A stretch of 64,000 nucleotides of DNA from Gnetum montanum. Lineage: Eukaryota > Plantae > Gnetophyta. The DNA lies in assembly GCA_015680685.1 (NCBI GenBank), contig MNCI01002109.1, positions 462,784 through 526,783 on the forward strand, in the 5' to 3' direction. Of this stretch, positions 42,201-55,417 are shown in pieces. Under the pieces are notes generated by a model. It made no database searches, had not been told where the DNA came from, and was given only the letters and a program-made list of their open reading frames with translations. Within the stretch, counting starts at the first letter, position 1. Each line of letters begins with the position of its first letter. The translations under genes were made by a program, and so were the position numbers.

Positions 42201-43916
42201 AGTTTAAAGCATGTCTTGTTACTAATGGTTATTCACAAAAGAAGGGAATTAATTATGATGAAATCTTCTCCCCTATGGTAAAATTAACATCCATTAGATC
42301 ATCGCTACCAATAGCAGGAACTTATGATCTAGAACTTGAACAAATGGATGTAAAAACTACTTTCCTCAATGATGATCTTAAGGAGGATATATATATGCTT
42401 CAACCTAAAAGGTATAAAGTGAAAGAAAAAGAGCATATGGTGTGTCAATTGCTAAGATCATTGTTGGGCTCAAACAAGCACCAAGGGTGTGGAATACAAA
42501 ATTTAATGAAAACATGTTAAATCTTGGCTTCATTAGAAGTCAGGAAGATTCTTGCTTATATGCCAAAAATAAAAATGGAAAACTCTTAATTTTATTGCTA
42601 TATGTTGATGGCATGTTCATAGCAAGAAGTGACATGGATGAAGTTAAAGAGTTGAAATAACTTCTTTCTTCTCAGTTTGAGATGAAAGATCTTGGTGCTA
42701 TTAAAAGGATTTTGGACATGGAAATTAAAAGAAATAGAGGTAATGACAAACTTTGGATTACAAAATCTACATATGTGCAAAGTATCTTTAAAAGATATAA
42801 TATGCAAGATTGTAAGCCTATGGAAACACCTTGTGAAATTGGGATAAAACTCTTAGTTGAATAATGCCCCAAGATAGATGATGAAAAAAAGCTTATGATA
42901 AAAATTCCATATGCTAGTGCTATCGGTAGTTTGATGTATGTAATGGTTACTACTAGACCTGATATTGCATACATTGTTGGAAAACTTAGTAGGTATATGT
43001 CTAATTTAGGAAAACAACACTGGATTGTTGTAAAACAAGTTCTTTGATATCTTCGTGATACTATGAACTTTGGTATTTGTTATCAAAGTAATTCATTCAT
43101 TCTACATGGTTATGTGGATGCTGATTGGGGTGGAGATTTAGAAAAAAAATCAACTAGTGAATATGTGTTCAATATCTTAGGTGGTGCTATCTCTTGGAAA
43201 ATTCAATTGCAGTATTGTGTAGCTCAATCTGCTACTAAAGTAGAATATGTTGCTACAAACCTAGCTAGTCAAGAGGGAACATGGCTTCAAAGATTACTGG
43301 TTGAACTATGAATTCATAAAAAAGTTGTGAAAATTAATTGTGATAATAAAAGTAAAATTTATATATCCAAGAATCTCACTTTTCACAATAGGACAAAGCA
43401 TATAGAAATACAATACTACTATATTCGAGAGCAAATAAATGAACAAAGAATTATTCTTGAAAAAATTAAGATAGAGGCAAATGCTATTGATATGATGACA
43501 AAATCTTTATGTGTTGAAAAGTTTTTATAGTGTCGAATAGCTGTTGATGTCATGGAAGGTGATATCATCTAAGGTCTAGATTAGGTTGCATGGAAACTTT
43601 TTCTTCAAGGGGGACAATTATGAGTAAAGTGAAGGTAACTATCGTTCACATAAGCTCAAATATTATCATCTCTTTGAATGCAAGCACTATCTTTTTGTAA
43701 TTGTATGGTACAATAGTTATGTTGTAATAAATTACAGTGTTAAGTATTTAACTGTAGATATTTGAAATATAGTCAATGCAAAAGTATTGTTCATCTCCAT
43801 CATTTTACTACTATTAATATCTAGTTTATATCCAACATCCCATCCTAGGATATATAATTATGTTTTTCTATTAATTTATTATTTTTACTATTATCACGAA
43901 TAATCTAAAAATCATG
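39243..43916 (+). mobile_element. decayed Ty1/Copia LTR retrotransposon
   Basis: LTR similarity between 39243-39616 and 43619-43916. PBS TGGTATCACAAC (tRNA-iMet type) at 39619-39630. gag LLKSLPESW and CWNCGK..H..NDC, PR IDFGAS, INT IHSDV/IDEFSRK/RIDNGGEF, RT QMDVKTTF and LLYVD, RH GYVDADWGG/CDNKS/RTKHIE. PPT AAGGGGGAC at 43607-43615. Confidence 0.92.
39700..43572 (+). pseudogene. decayed Copia polyprotein (gag-PR-INT-RT-RH)
   Basis: ORF fragments 39915-43530 in Copia domain order. Confidence 0.9.
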
Positions 43917-46411
43917 ATGACAAGAAAGCTATCTCCCATCTTATTCTCCAATTTGATTACCATGAAGTTTGTAGGGTATGATCATCCTACCATGATTATC
44001 ATCACATCATTAACTTATCCTATAGGGTATGTGTAGGATTGGTCTACTAGCTCCAACCTAATGTTAGTACTTTTGAGAGTGAGGAGCTCCTAATTAATAT
44101 ACTATTGCAATGACATGATATTGATTCCTAAATTGGAGTCACAAAGAGATAGGCAATGACCTTTCTTACCAATTTGAATCTCTAGCATGGGACTTTCAGG
44201 ATCAATCTTATTTTCGAGAAAATGACCTTCTTTTACTACCTACATTACTATCTTAAACATTATAATTGTTATGACACTACAACAATCAAATGCCAACATA
44301 TCTGAATAGCCAAATATAGTTGAAGAACTCTTTCCTAAAGTGTATTTTTTGCTCTAACAATGTTCAAGGAATGTTACAGGGACCTCTCGAATTCAACCTC
44401 GTCTTCTACTAGAAGAATTTTCCTCTCCACATCAGGAAGAAGATGGAGTAGACCTAGCCTCATGGCACTCATGTGTGCACTTATGAAAAAATTTCCTACC
44501 ATGGGATATCAAATTTTCCTCTATAACCATATTAATAGAAGCTTGGTAATATTACCCAACAACATAAGTGGAAGTTAGATTAGCACAGTAAGCAATATCA
44601 TAAGATGTAGATTGCCTTGACTATGGTTAAGTAGCAATTCCACTTTTCATGGAATTAGGCAATAGAAGTTGATGATGATAGGGAGCTTGCAAGGTAGGAT
44701 TGATGGACATAGGCTAGTATTGGTGAGATATAACTTATGGAGATGAATAAGTACTTGTCTAAATATGTGGGAATTAGGGATTTGGAGAATTCCATGAAGT
44801 AGAATCCTGTTGGCACATTTTGGCCATTTTATGGAGTAGGAATATGAAATCAATAGATATGATAAGTTCCTTTTAAAATATAAGGATATGCACTTGAATA
44901 TTATGACTAACCTTGCCTATTTAAGTTTTAGACAAATAATCTATTTAGTATTACTCTTTATAATGTGAGTTTTATTTACTCACATGGAATTTTAATTGGA
45001 AGAATGGGATGGATTACTTTTCCAGTTTTCAGTATCTTTGAATTTTTGAGTTCTAATAGATACAACAGGCAATCAACCTTCTCTTTGCTTGAGGTTAAAT
45101 CTATCATTCAAGACAAGCCTAATACAAAGCTAATATGTTTAAGTTCTAGTAGAAACATTTAGTTTGAAAATGTGCATTTTAGATAAGAACACATGGCTAG
45201 GATATCAAGGACTTAATAGTTTAAAGTTTAAGAAGTGCATTTGAATGGTGCCACAAGATATTCTCTATAATGAACTATTGGATTGCTACTCTAAAAAGTG
45301 GAAAAATAATTAAAAAAGGATATAACAAGGGTTTGCTATTGTTTAAGGAATCATATTCTAAGTTACTGGGGTAGCAATTAAAATTGAAAGTTAATAGACA
45401 GTCATCAAATCAAAATTCTTGTCCCAAACAAGAAAATAAACAATTAACATAGCCTCATATGTTTTCATAATCAAGTACACCAGGCTCATCATTCTTGTTT
45501 CCTCCATTGCACTATTGGGAAAATTTCCTTGTTACCTAAGATAAATTCCATGGGAAATGAGTTCCTACATGTGTATGAAGACAGAATATATCTAGGTCAT
45601 ATTCTATGAGGTGTGGTAGTTATGAAGGTAAACAAGGCATCCAATGGTAACAAGGGAAAAGAATTAACATTAATACATGTGATCATAGTTGAAGAATTTT
45701 TGTATGTGGTCTGCTCCACTTAAACCTTTTGTTGTCTGTAGCATCTACTCAAACAATAATAACAAATTGCAAATTTTCACCAGTTACAGAACATTGTAGC
45801 TCTTCCTTGTATGTTTCTTTTTAACACTCATGACTATCAAATTTCTCACTTACCTATGCGTAGAGTATTCAACAATGACAACTATAATTTCCAACTGGGA
45901 ATAGATAACCCTAACATGTGATAGTGTTAGCAAAAAGGTTGGGGAAGGCTAGAATGCAAAATAGCAAAATCACAACTCAATAGTGGTTTAATATAGTCTA
46001 AAGAGGGCCAACTACAAACCAAATAAAATGATTTAGAGAGATCAAGCAGGAAAAATTAATAGTCCTAGTCTCGATACCAACAACAATGATAGAGGTGATG
46101 CCGGCACTAGAGATCATGACGGCTAAAAACACGGTTATGAGACTCCAATAGTGAAAAATCTAGAAGCATCAATAGTTGCTAGAGAGGAAAGAGGCAAGAA
46201 ATGGAGCTTGAAAAATTTCTTAGTAGCCCTAAAATCAACAAAAAATGCATTAATGTGTTGTGGATTTCAAATAAGTCTATGCTTGAAAACACGTCTGTTC
46301 ATCACATTGACACCATTTTTTGCAATGGTTACATGTTGATGGAGATAAAGACAGAGAAGAATCATGCACATAAAAAAAACCTTGATTCTTGTATTGATAA
46401 TGATTTTATGT

Positions 46412-48591
46412 TGATGAATGATGAGGTACCTTTACGCTCAACGATATGAATACAAGCACATATGCGTGATTTGGTCGAATTCTGCGGATGGACTAGTTGT
46501 GACACCTAAATAGTTATACATTGACTGCAGTTTGCTATCTTTCCACTTGGACTAGTAGTAGCTTTGTCACATATGGTTTAGTCTAGAGTGAGGCATATGA
46601 TGTTGTCCCAATTCTACATTACTCCTAATAACAGAAAAGATAAATTGATTAAACTAATAATGGAAGAAAAACCTAAATTAGCCTATGGTGATGGTATTCA
46701 TCCTTAACACCATACATGTCTTGGACTTCATGGGATTATTGCTAGGCATGCCAAGTATTCATGCTTAAACACTCATGATTAAGGTATACACATTCCATTT
46801 AATGACAGGAAAAGTAAATAACAATAAATCAAATTGTTAACTAAAGAAAGCATTAAATAATTAAAAAAATAAAGATTAATCTAAGTAAATGCTACAATGA
46901 TGAAAGTAATCTTGATCTTTATTGCCAATCATGCATGTGTCCAAGTATGTCACACTTGAACAAAGGTGCTATGCAATTACAAATGTTACAGTACAAGCAT
47001 GCACTAGGAATAACTAGCTTGAAAGAAAGAAATTGAAAATTGATAACTAAATTGCCAAAAAAACTAAAAAGAAAAGAACTTCCCTAAAAAATTTCAACTA
47101 TGCACCTAAGTGCTATATTTATAAACTAACACAGGAATTACAATATCACATATACAATATTATATCCAGGCCATGATATTGCATACTCAATATCGAGGCT
47201 TGACAAACTACGATTCATAATACCCCCACAACTGAATAAAAACTCAACCTTGAGTTAATACAATGAGAAATAAGCCCATTATAAAACATTATGAAGGTAT
47301 GGGATTATTGACTACTATTGACTAACCATGCCACAGTATGGGAAACACAAAACTTGGAAAAAAAATGAAAATAAAAAATGTTGAAACTCATGTGGTTTTC
47401 GGAGGTGGTGGCTCCTTCATTGGTGCTTTTCCTTTGTTTGGTATTGTAGGCTTCTAAGATTGCTAACGTGTGAGAAGCACCTATGGTTTCTCTTCTTTCA
47501 TCTAGGGATCATGCACATTCTATGCTAATGTCCTAATGTTTGATGGAGCTAGCACCTCCCATGGACACAACAACTGTGGAAACATCTAGTTCGCTTTGAC
47601 ATACCATAAAGAAAACTACCATTGTTCCTCCTCATAGGCTCTGGATTTATCTTGTAATTCATGGTAATCTATCAGCCATCAAGCCAAATTTGTTGCTACA
47701 TCTCTTTGATCGTGGTAGCTTACTTTGACCACTTCTAATTTTGAGTTTGCAACTTCTAATTTTTGCAACATTTTCTTATGTTTAGCAAACTATGTCTCAT
47801 ACTTAGCATAAGTGGTGGGTACCTATTTCTCAAGCTCATTTCTCAAGTTTCCTACTATTAACATGGCTAAGTTGACATATCGTAGATTTTCCAACTCCAT
47901 GTACTCCATTAAGTCTTAAATTTGTAGGTCTCAACTTTTTAGTTTTACTTGTTGGGCAAAGGCATATGTGTCCAATATGGCTTGCCAGTTAGTGTGTTAA
48001 GCACTAAAAGAGTTAATGTGAGTCTTAGCCATATGGATCTCCTTTTTGATTATTTTTTTATACATCCCCACTTGATCATGAAAGTGCTCTTTCAACTTCT
48101 TATGCTTCTTGGCCTCATTCTACCATGCATTGATCTTTATTGCCATCTTTTGATAGATGGCATAGACCTCCTCCATAGAAAGGGTTCTATTTTCCCTAGC
48201 CAAGTGATTCATATCTTGGTTGACCCATACTAATTATTCTTGCATCTATTGAAAACTTTCTTCAAGAACATTCTTCTGTTTCTCAATTTTTGTCAACCAA
48301 AGATTTCTAGTAACAAGTTGTTTATTCTCCTCCTATAGGTTGATAGCCTTAACATGTGTGTACATTTAAGCTTATGCCTTGGAAGCATCCCAATCAACTT
48401 GTTCTTTCTCCCTTGTCATTTTTTATTTTCTTTCAATAATTTATTTATTTTCTCATTTCTAAAAACATATAATTGGTCAATTACGATGAATTGTAGGATG
48501 TCAAGCTTTTCTAGTAGTCTTTATAGCTTTGCTTCTGCATGCTCAGCCCTAACTTCAACCATGATCAATTTTCCTTTACTTGAAATGAGGT
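46412..48591 (-). mobile_element. Athila-like element fragment on minus strand (3' LTR 46412-47220, PPT, C-terminal ORF2)
   Basis: TGATGAATGATGAGGTACC at 46412 is the reverse complement of the family LTR end. CCCCCACAACT PPT at ~47223. 47400-48591 is the reverse-complement homolog of ~16780-18020. Confidence 0.85.
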
Positions 48592-50272
48592 TGAAACACC
48601 CCAAAATATGTGAGGTCATTCTCACTTCACCAAGCATTACAATTCACGCAGCACTATGGTAGTTCTCCAGGAGGAGAACACTCTCAATTCAGGCTGGTTA
48701 GTTCAGCAAATTTTCTACTTTGGGCATGAATAGGCTCTATGGATTATCCTGCTTGTTCACCTAAGTAGTCTGCCTAGCCGACAGCCTGCTTAGAAATGAT
48801 GTGCAGAGTTGGCAGCAGCATTCTGGATGTGCGAAACAATTCAGCAAGTTTTCTAAGTCACGAAGTCTGCTACGCTATGCTACACCCCGCTATGTAGTGT
48901 AGCAAGCTTAAGAAAACATTTGCAGAGTATAGTGCCACGCTACACCCCGCTATGTAGTGTAGCAAGCTTCAAAAAACATTTGCAGAGTACAGTGCCACGC
49001 TACGCTACGTTATGTAGCGTAGCGTAGCATAGAAATAACTATACAGCCAGTTTCATTGCCCAACTTCAAGTCCTTCAACAATGTCCCTTTCGGTTAGGAA
49101 GCGATGGAGCATGTCTGTTGCTATGCTACGCTAAGCTACATGGCGCAGTGAGGCGTAGCAATCCTATAGAAGAAACAGAAGGCAACTCAAAGGGCAAGAC
49201 CAGCAGGTTTGCAAGTTTCATAGTGCAGGAAGCAAAGTTCATAGATTGGAAAAATTATTTGCGACTAAGGCCAGTCGCTATGCTATGCTACGCTACATAG
49301 CATAGCATACCATAGCAAGTATGTAGCCTACATGTGGCAAAACACACGAAAACAGGCTACGTTATGCTGAGCATGCTATGCTAAAAAACACAGTGAAGCA
49401 TGCGGGTGGTTATGCGACATCAATGCACTTCACCTAATTGGACCGTTGGCACACATCTCCAGATGCTGACAATGCAATTACGGCATGGCAAGCTCATAGT
49501 TGCGGCATGATAGACTCATAGTCACAATGGTCATGCATGTCCAATGGTCATACTAGCACATGCAGCACAAGCAAGTCAACGAAGGCCTAGGGCACGTGGC
49601 GTCCAAATTGCCCCTTTCACATACCCTTGGTCCTATAAATACCCCAACGAGCAGCATTTAAAGGGTTCAAAATTTTTCCAAGTTCTCGACTTTTCTTCTC
49701 TTTGGCAACACGAATTCTCTTCTCAGCACATTGTAACATCAAGCATTATAAGCTTTCTGTTTGACATTGCAAACAGTTAGCATTCCCAGCTGACATTTTG
49801 TTCTGTCCCTCTTCTACCACCTTGGTAGAATCCCCACATTGTTAGTGCCTAAGTTTGCACCCAAGCACATAACCTGCTTTGCTCTACACATCCTGGTTAC
49901 TCTCAGGATCTCTACACTCTGTCGTGTTGTGCAACCGATTGTATCCATCTTGACAAAGCAAACTTGTAGCTTCAGAGCGATGCATTTTTCTAACTGCATT
50001 TTACTTTGTTTCCTGCTTATTGTCATGTGTTGCATTGTTTTCTGATTTATTTACTTTCAAGCATTACTTTGCATTTTCGCCCCTGTTTTCAAATGATATG
50101 TTGTAAAAGGCTATATAGACATTGATTAAGTCCTTGTTTAATCGACCAGACCGTTCAGGGCACCCTGTATCCGCACACACCCAGCATGGCCATCCCGTGG
50201 GTATAGGGTCGAAACGGTCACGCCCACCAACCCCTCGGTGTTTTCCAGCCATCGACGTTTTTGGTTGCTACA
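48592..50272 (+). repeat. 5' LTR of the Tat element (~1.7 kb)
   Basis: Homology to the host Athila ORF2 stops at 48591 and TG follows. TATAAATA at 49634-49641. Ends ACA just before the PBS. Confidence 0.75.
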
Positions 50273-50278
50273 GTTTTT

Positions 50279-50295
50279 TGGCGCTAGAAGGAGGG
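50279..50295 (+). promoter_or_regulatory. primer binding site, tRNA-Asn type
   Basis: TGGCGCTAGAAGGAGGG is the complement of the plant tRNA-Asn(GUU) 3' end CCCTCCTTCTAGCG-CCA, the primer type used by Tat1-like elements. Confidence 0.85.
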
Positions 50296-50399
50296 ATTTT
50301 TGATGCCTTTTTCATGTGGCATGGTAGTTCTCTAAGCGTTATGTACCTTGATACACATAAGCGTAAATGTGACACCCTCTAGTGGTTGTTTACGCTTTG

Positions 50400-50890
50400 T
50401 GCAGTGCAGATAGGTCGCCTCGACAGTTCCTCGGGAGCCCTATAGAACACAAGGCCTCCAATTGCCAATTAACTAGCCTGTTTGATGGTATTCTTGCTTG
50501 AGCTCTATACCTCATTGCGCATTAGCGTATCATGTGGTATAAGTCGGTCGCTTCGACGATTCCCCTGGAGCCCTGCGAGACATAAAGCCTTTTTGTTCAC
50601 TAGTTAACTTGCTCATCCTACGGTAGTCTTGCGTGCACTCTGTACCTCATTGTGCATTAGCGTATCGTGTAGTACAGGTCAGTCGCTTCAATGGTTCCCC
50701 CGGAGCCCTACGAGATGTAAAGCCTACTTCATTAATTTATTTGCCTATCTTATGGTAGTCTTGCACATGCTCTGTACCTCATCGCCCACTAGCGTAAACG
50801 TGACATCCTTTTGCAGTTGTTTATGCTTTGTGTGGTGCAGATTGGTTGCCTCGATGGTTCCTCAGGAACTCGGCAAGATGTAAAGCCTTC
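50400..50890 (+). repeat. ~135-160 bp degenerate tandem repeats in the Tat 5' UTR (4 units)
   Basis: GGTCGCYTCGA..GTTCC..GGAGCCC...AAAGCCT core at ~50412, 50546, 50682, 50843. Confidence 0.8.
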
Positions 50891-50963
50891 ATTTAGTTGC
50901 TTTTCAGTCTCTTTATTCTTTTTGCACTTTTTTACGCTCTTTTGCAAAACTACTTAGCTTGCA

Positions 50964-53900
50964 ATGGCTTTTTCAACTGCTACTGCCAATGCCTTTAATG
51001 TGGAAGTTCCCTTCAATGTTGAAGCTCCCATCATGGTTTAAGGCACTACTGGTGCCGAACAACCATTGAATCTGATGCTAGAAACACACTGATCTCTCAA
51101 AATCCAAAATCGGGGACCTGAGGGATTGGCCTAGCAACATGAGCGTTACAGTTTCCTTTGTGCAAAGGTGTAGGCCAATCTGCCCTTGGATGTACACGAA
51201 CTCGAGGACAAATGTAGCTTCGAGTTCGCTTACTGCAACGGGAAGGAATTTGTTCCTACTCCTGGCATTTCTTTACCTTTAACACAAGTGTACCAAAGGC
51301 TTCTAGACCAACTAATCCAGTTGGCTAGGCTTAGGGAGCAACAAGACACAATTTCCAACCAAAATGATGCTTTCCAGGACGAACAGGAGGAACTTGATTC
51401 CCAATCAAATGAGGGAGGTCTAATCGACCCTGCTCCTGTCCCTCATACCCAGTCCTTTTGGGCCAAGCTGTTTTCTGTTACCGCTCCCTTTATAATCATG
51501 CCTACGCTTCTACAACCTGCGATTACAGCTACTATGGGTAACCACACCAATCTTGTAGTGTTTCAATGCCTGCTCTCGCCTGTTTCTCTTGTCTCGTTTG
51601 CAGCTATTGTCCCTTTGCAGGTTGTTCATAAGTCTATTCCTGTGGCACATATCATGCCAACCATGGCTACCCTGCCACATGCTCATATCGTATCTACTTC
51701 ACAGTCATACGCGACTTTTGTCTTTATTCCTACGTTCATGTCTATTCCACCCACTATGGCGGGCCCTAACCCATCCACACGGTGGGCCCCATTTGCTTCT
51801 TTGCCTACCCCGTAGTCGTTGTAGATGTCTCACTACGTTCGCTCTCAAATCCACCAAGCCTCGCAGACGGTACAACCCAACATAGGGCTATGGTCTACGT
51901 TGCCAGTGATCCAAGTGGTCCATCCGACAGCCCAACCAATGGTTGCTGCTCTAACAACACCACCCATAGGGTGGTGGACAACATAGGTAGCATCGCTCAT
52001 GGGGGTTGTTCCAATGGTACCATCAATGGGTCACACTGCCACCCCCACCATACCATAGGTGGGAGTGGCCTTCGTAGCCCCCCAACCGTCTACAACAACG
52101 TCGGGTCTAGACCAAGTGTTTCAGCTCATCCAGACCCTCACCAAGGAAATAAAATGCCTCAAAGCTACTAGGTCTGACACGGTACAAGTCATGGACTTCT
52201 ACTAGGATGACCCCATCAGCCCTACAATCCTTGCTTTGACACTACCCCCAGGGATGTCTCTTCTGCATTTCATGAAGTACGATTGGGAGGGAGATCCCAA
52301 TGCACATCTTATCACCTTCAGGTTTGAGTCTATGCTATTGCAACAATGGTCGCACATGATCATTCGCCTCTTCACTATGTACCTAGCTGGGAAAGCCCTT
52401 GATTGGTACCGTGCATTGCCATGCTCATCCATTTCAACTTTGGAAGAGCTACTGATCCAGTTCGTGACGCGCTTCAAATACAACTTGAAGCCAGAAACCA
52501 CGCTGGACCAGTTGATGAGTGTGAAGCAAGAGCCCCTAGAGCCAGTCCAAAAGTTCATCCAGCATTAGAGTGCAACCCTTAGCGAGATCTGCGAGCCCAT
52601 CATGGAGGCCCACCTGTTGGCTATCTTTAAGGGCGTAGGGAACGACTTCATCAAGTCCAAACTGTCCTATCTTGCTCCTTGCTTTCTTAGTCAGGCTTTC
52701 ACTCAGACTAAGAGCATACAAGAAGCAGCTGAGGCAAGCAAAGACCCGACCTATATTTCTTACAAGAACACATTCACAAAGAAGGAAAAGGATAAAGCCC
52801 CAACAACCATAGTTGCCATTATGATAGCTGAGGCCAAGCCCAAACCTAGCAACAAGGGTAGTAAGAACAACAAGGAACCAGCCACACCTGCGGCTAACCT
52901 TGCGCCCAAATCGAGCCACATGCTGCAACCTGTTGTACCTACACCTGAGGAATCTGCACAATCCAAGCCCAACTTTGAGCGCAAAGACCGCTCAAAGTAC
53001 ACCTCGTTGCCTCTTAAGCCTTCAAAACTTCTGAAACAACTACTGGTAGTGGGATACATCTGACACAAATAGATGTCAAAAGAAGTAATCGCAAAACATC
53101 AACTCTACTGCGAGCTCGTTAGGAACCCCTCTTTGGCTCTGCCCAATGAGACTCTCGTTCCTAGGGGTTCAGGCTAGACATGTTTTGTGACTACCACCAA
53201 TAGTGTGGTCACAACACGGATTACTGTATGGCGTTATAGAATGACATCCAGAGATTAATAGACCAGGGGAAACTGGTGTTAGACGAAAGCAACCCAATAC
53301 TCCCCGAAAACCAATCTATGTATGTCTACATGAACCCTTTCAATGCTAATAATGTCGATTACGTAATCAACAACATCGGCATCGACAGTGAGCCTAGGCC
53401 ACCCCAACAGCCATTCATAGTCCGTGTTGCTCAACGTAGTGCACTAGTACCACAAGCAACTAATCAAAGCTCGCAACAGCCTTTCGTCCTGAGAGTCCCA
53501 CCACGGGCATCCACTTTCATGCCACCTATTGGTGGGATCATGCGGTCCCACCTGCTAACACCTCTAGCTCCATTCATCATCAAAGGGTTGATGTCCTTGA
53601 AGGTCCCTGTCTCACGCGAAACAATTGAGCAGCCTTCTTACCCCGCAAGGTGAGAAGTCCACTTTGTAGGCGAGATGTCTAAGGGAAGTACCATCCCAGG
53701 TACCCCTAAGCCTACGTCCTCGCTCCTTGCATTTGTGCCAAAGACAAAGGTTGACACGACCATGCAGCCTACATCACTCTACCAACAAGGATCTGAGCCC
53801 AGATCCGAAGTTTCTTTTCCTCGAGAAATTTGTCTTCTGGGACGGATAAAGGAGGAGGAAGGCATCAAACTAGGAGGTGGACAAGACCTCTTAGACGCCC

Positions 53901-54774
53901 TCACACAAGTCAAACAAGCTCTAAAATAAAGGAATGCTACACTGAGCTTGTATGACTTGATCATGACATCTACTGCACACCGAGATGCTCTGATCTGCAT
54001 GTTGACAGTGACTCTGGTCAAAGAAGATATGCCAGTGGAAGAAGAAGCAATCTACTCGGTCATGCTTTCCTCTGCACCCGCAGGGTCAAAATGGCCTCAA
54101 CTAACCTTTTGCAACGACGCCATTAGGAAGACCTTGAGAAGGGTCAAGTGATCACATCATCCCTATTCATTATAATTTGGGTTGGTCAACATCAGATCTG
54201 AAGGGTACAGGTTGATGACAGGGCTGCCACAAATGTCATTCCCTTCCCCATTGTAGACAAGCTGGGCTTGGTCAACTAGATCAAGCCCACAACAACGACA
54301 TGCCTAAGGTTGTTCAATGGGGTACGAGTCATGGTAAAGGGCACAGTTCACATAAACTTCGTAGCAGGGGACTAGTTCCCCACAGACGCAACGCTTATTA
54401 TGGTCAAGGAAATGCCTGGGTTTAACCTGATCTTGGAGAGATCATGGTTAGCACAACTTAGGGATGTCTCCTCACCCATACACCAGGAGATTCGCCTACC
54501 TTACGTAGGCAGAGAAGTGGTGATCCACGGTGACGAAATAGCAACGCAAGCGATCCACAACGTAGGCATGGAAGAAGGCTCAGAGGTTATAACTTCTGAG
54601 AATGAAGCACCTGTTGCAACTTACAATGACTACCAGGTGGAGAGCTTGGTTTACCGAGTTGATCCCCAAAACGAAAATGCATGGACTGAGTTGCCCTTCC
54701 AATTAGGAGGCAATGACACAGATGAAGGCCTTGATGGAGCACCTTGGCCTTATGTCTCACTCAACTTGCATTAG
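50964..54774 (+). pseudogene. decayed Tat gag-protease
   Basis: ORFs at 51186, 52236, 52602, 53276, 53675, 53948 and 54400; capsid, zinc knuckle and aspartic protease motifs. Confidence 0.85.
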
Positions 54775-54848
54775 GTCAAGAAGTAGATTTGCCTAGCGTA
54801 CCAGCCCCACTACTTCCTGCTCACATATTACTCATATGCTTCAATGTT

Positions 54849-55050
54849 ATGGCCCGAAATGGCTGAAAACTAGCAATATGCAATGGCCCAAAATGGCCTA
54901 AAACTAGCAATGCTACGTTATGGCCTAAAATAGCCTAAAACTAGTGATACGCAATGGCCTGAAATGGCCTAAAACTAGCAATGCTACACTATGGCCCGAA
55001 ATGGCCTAAAACTAGCGATACGCAATGGCCCGAAATGGCCTAAAACTAGC
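54849..55050 (+). repeat. 6 tandem copies of ATGGCCCGAAATGGCCTAAAACTAGC (period ~34-37)
   Basis: Direct read; two spacer types alternate between units. Confidence 0.9.
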
Positions 55051-55417
55051 ACATGAAAGCATGAACATTCTATACAAAATGCATGTATGCAATACACAAG
55101 TTAGTGCAAAATCCTCTTGCCTCATTCAAAACTGTTGCCTTTCAATGTTTGCAAAATTTGTTACACAAAATTTCAAAAATCCAAAATTTCAGATTTTCAA
55201 ACAAAAAATCCCATGCAGTCATGGTTTTTCTCTATTTGCATCTTTTTCACCATCCGATCCTTCATCATTGCCCTGTGCATTGCCTTCTCTCGCGTTGCCC
55301 GCAGTCAGCTCTTCATCCCTTCACTCTACGGGTACTGTGCCACCACCTGGGGCCTGCATCATGGAGGTGAAGTGGTTAGTTAGGGCAACAAACGCAAACT
55401 ACAATTGAGCATAAACA

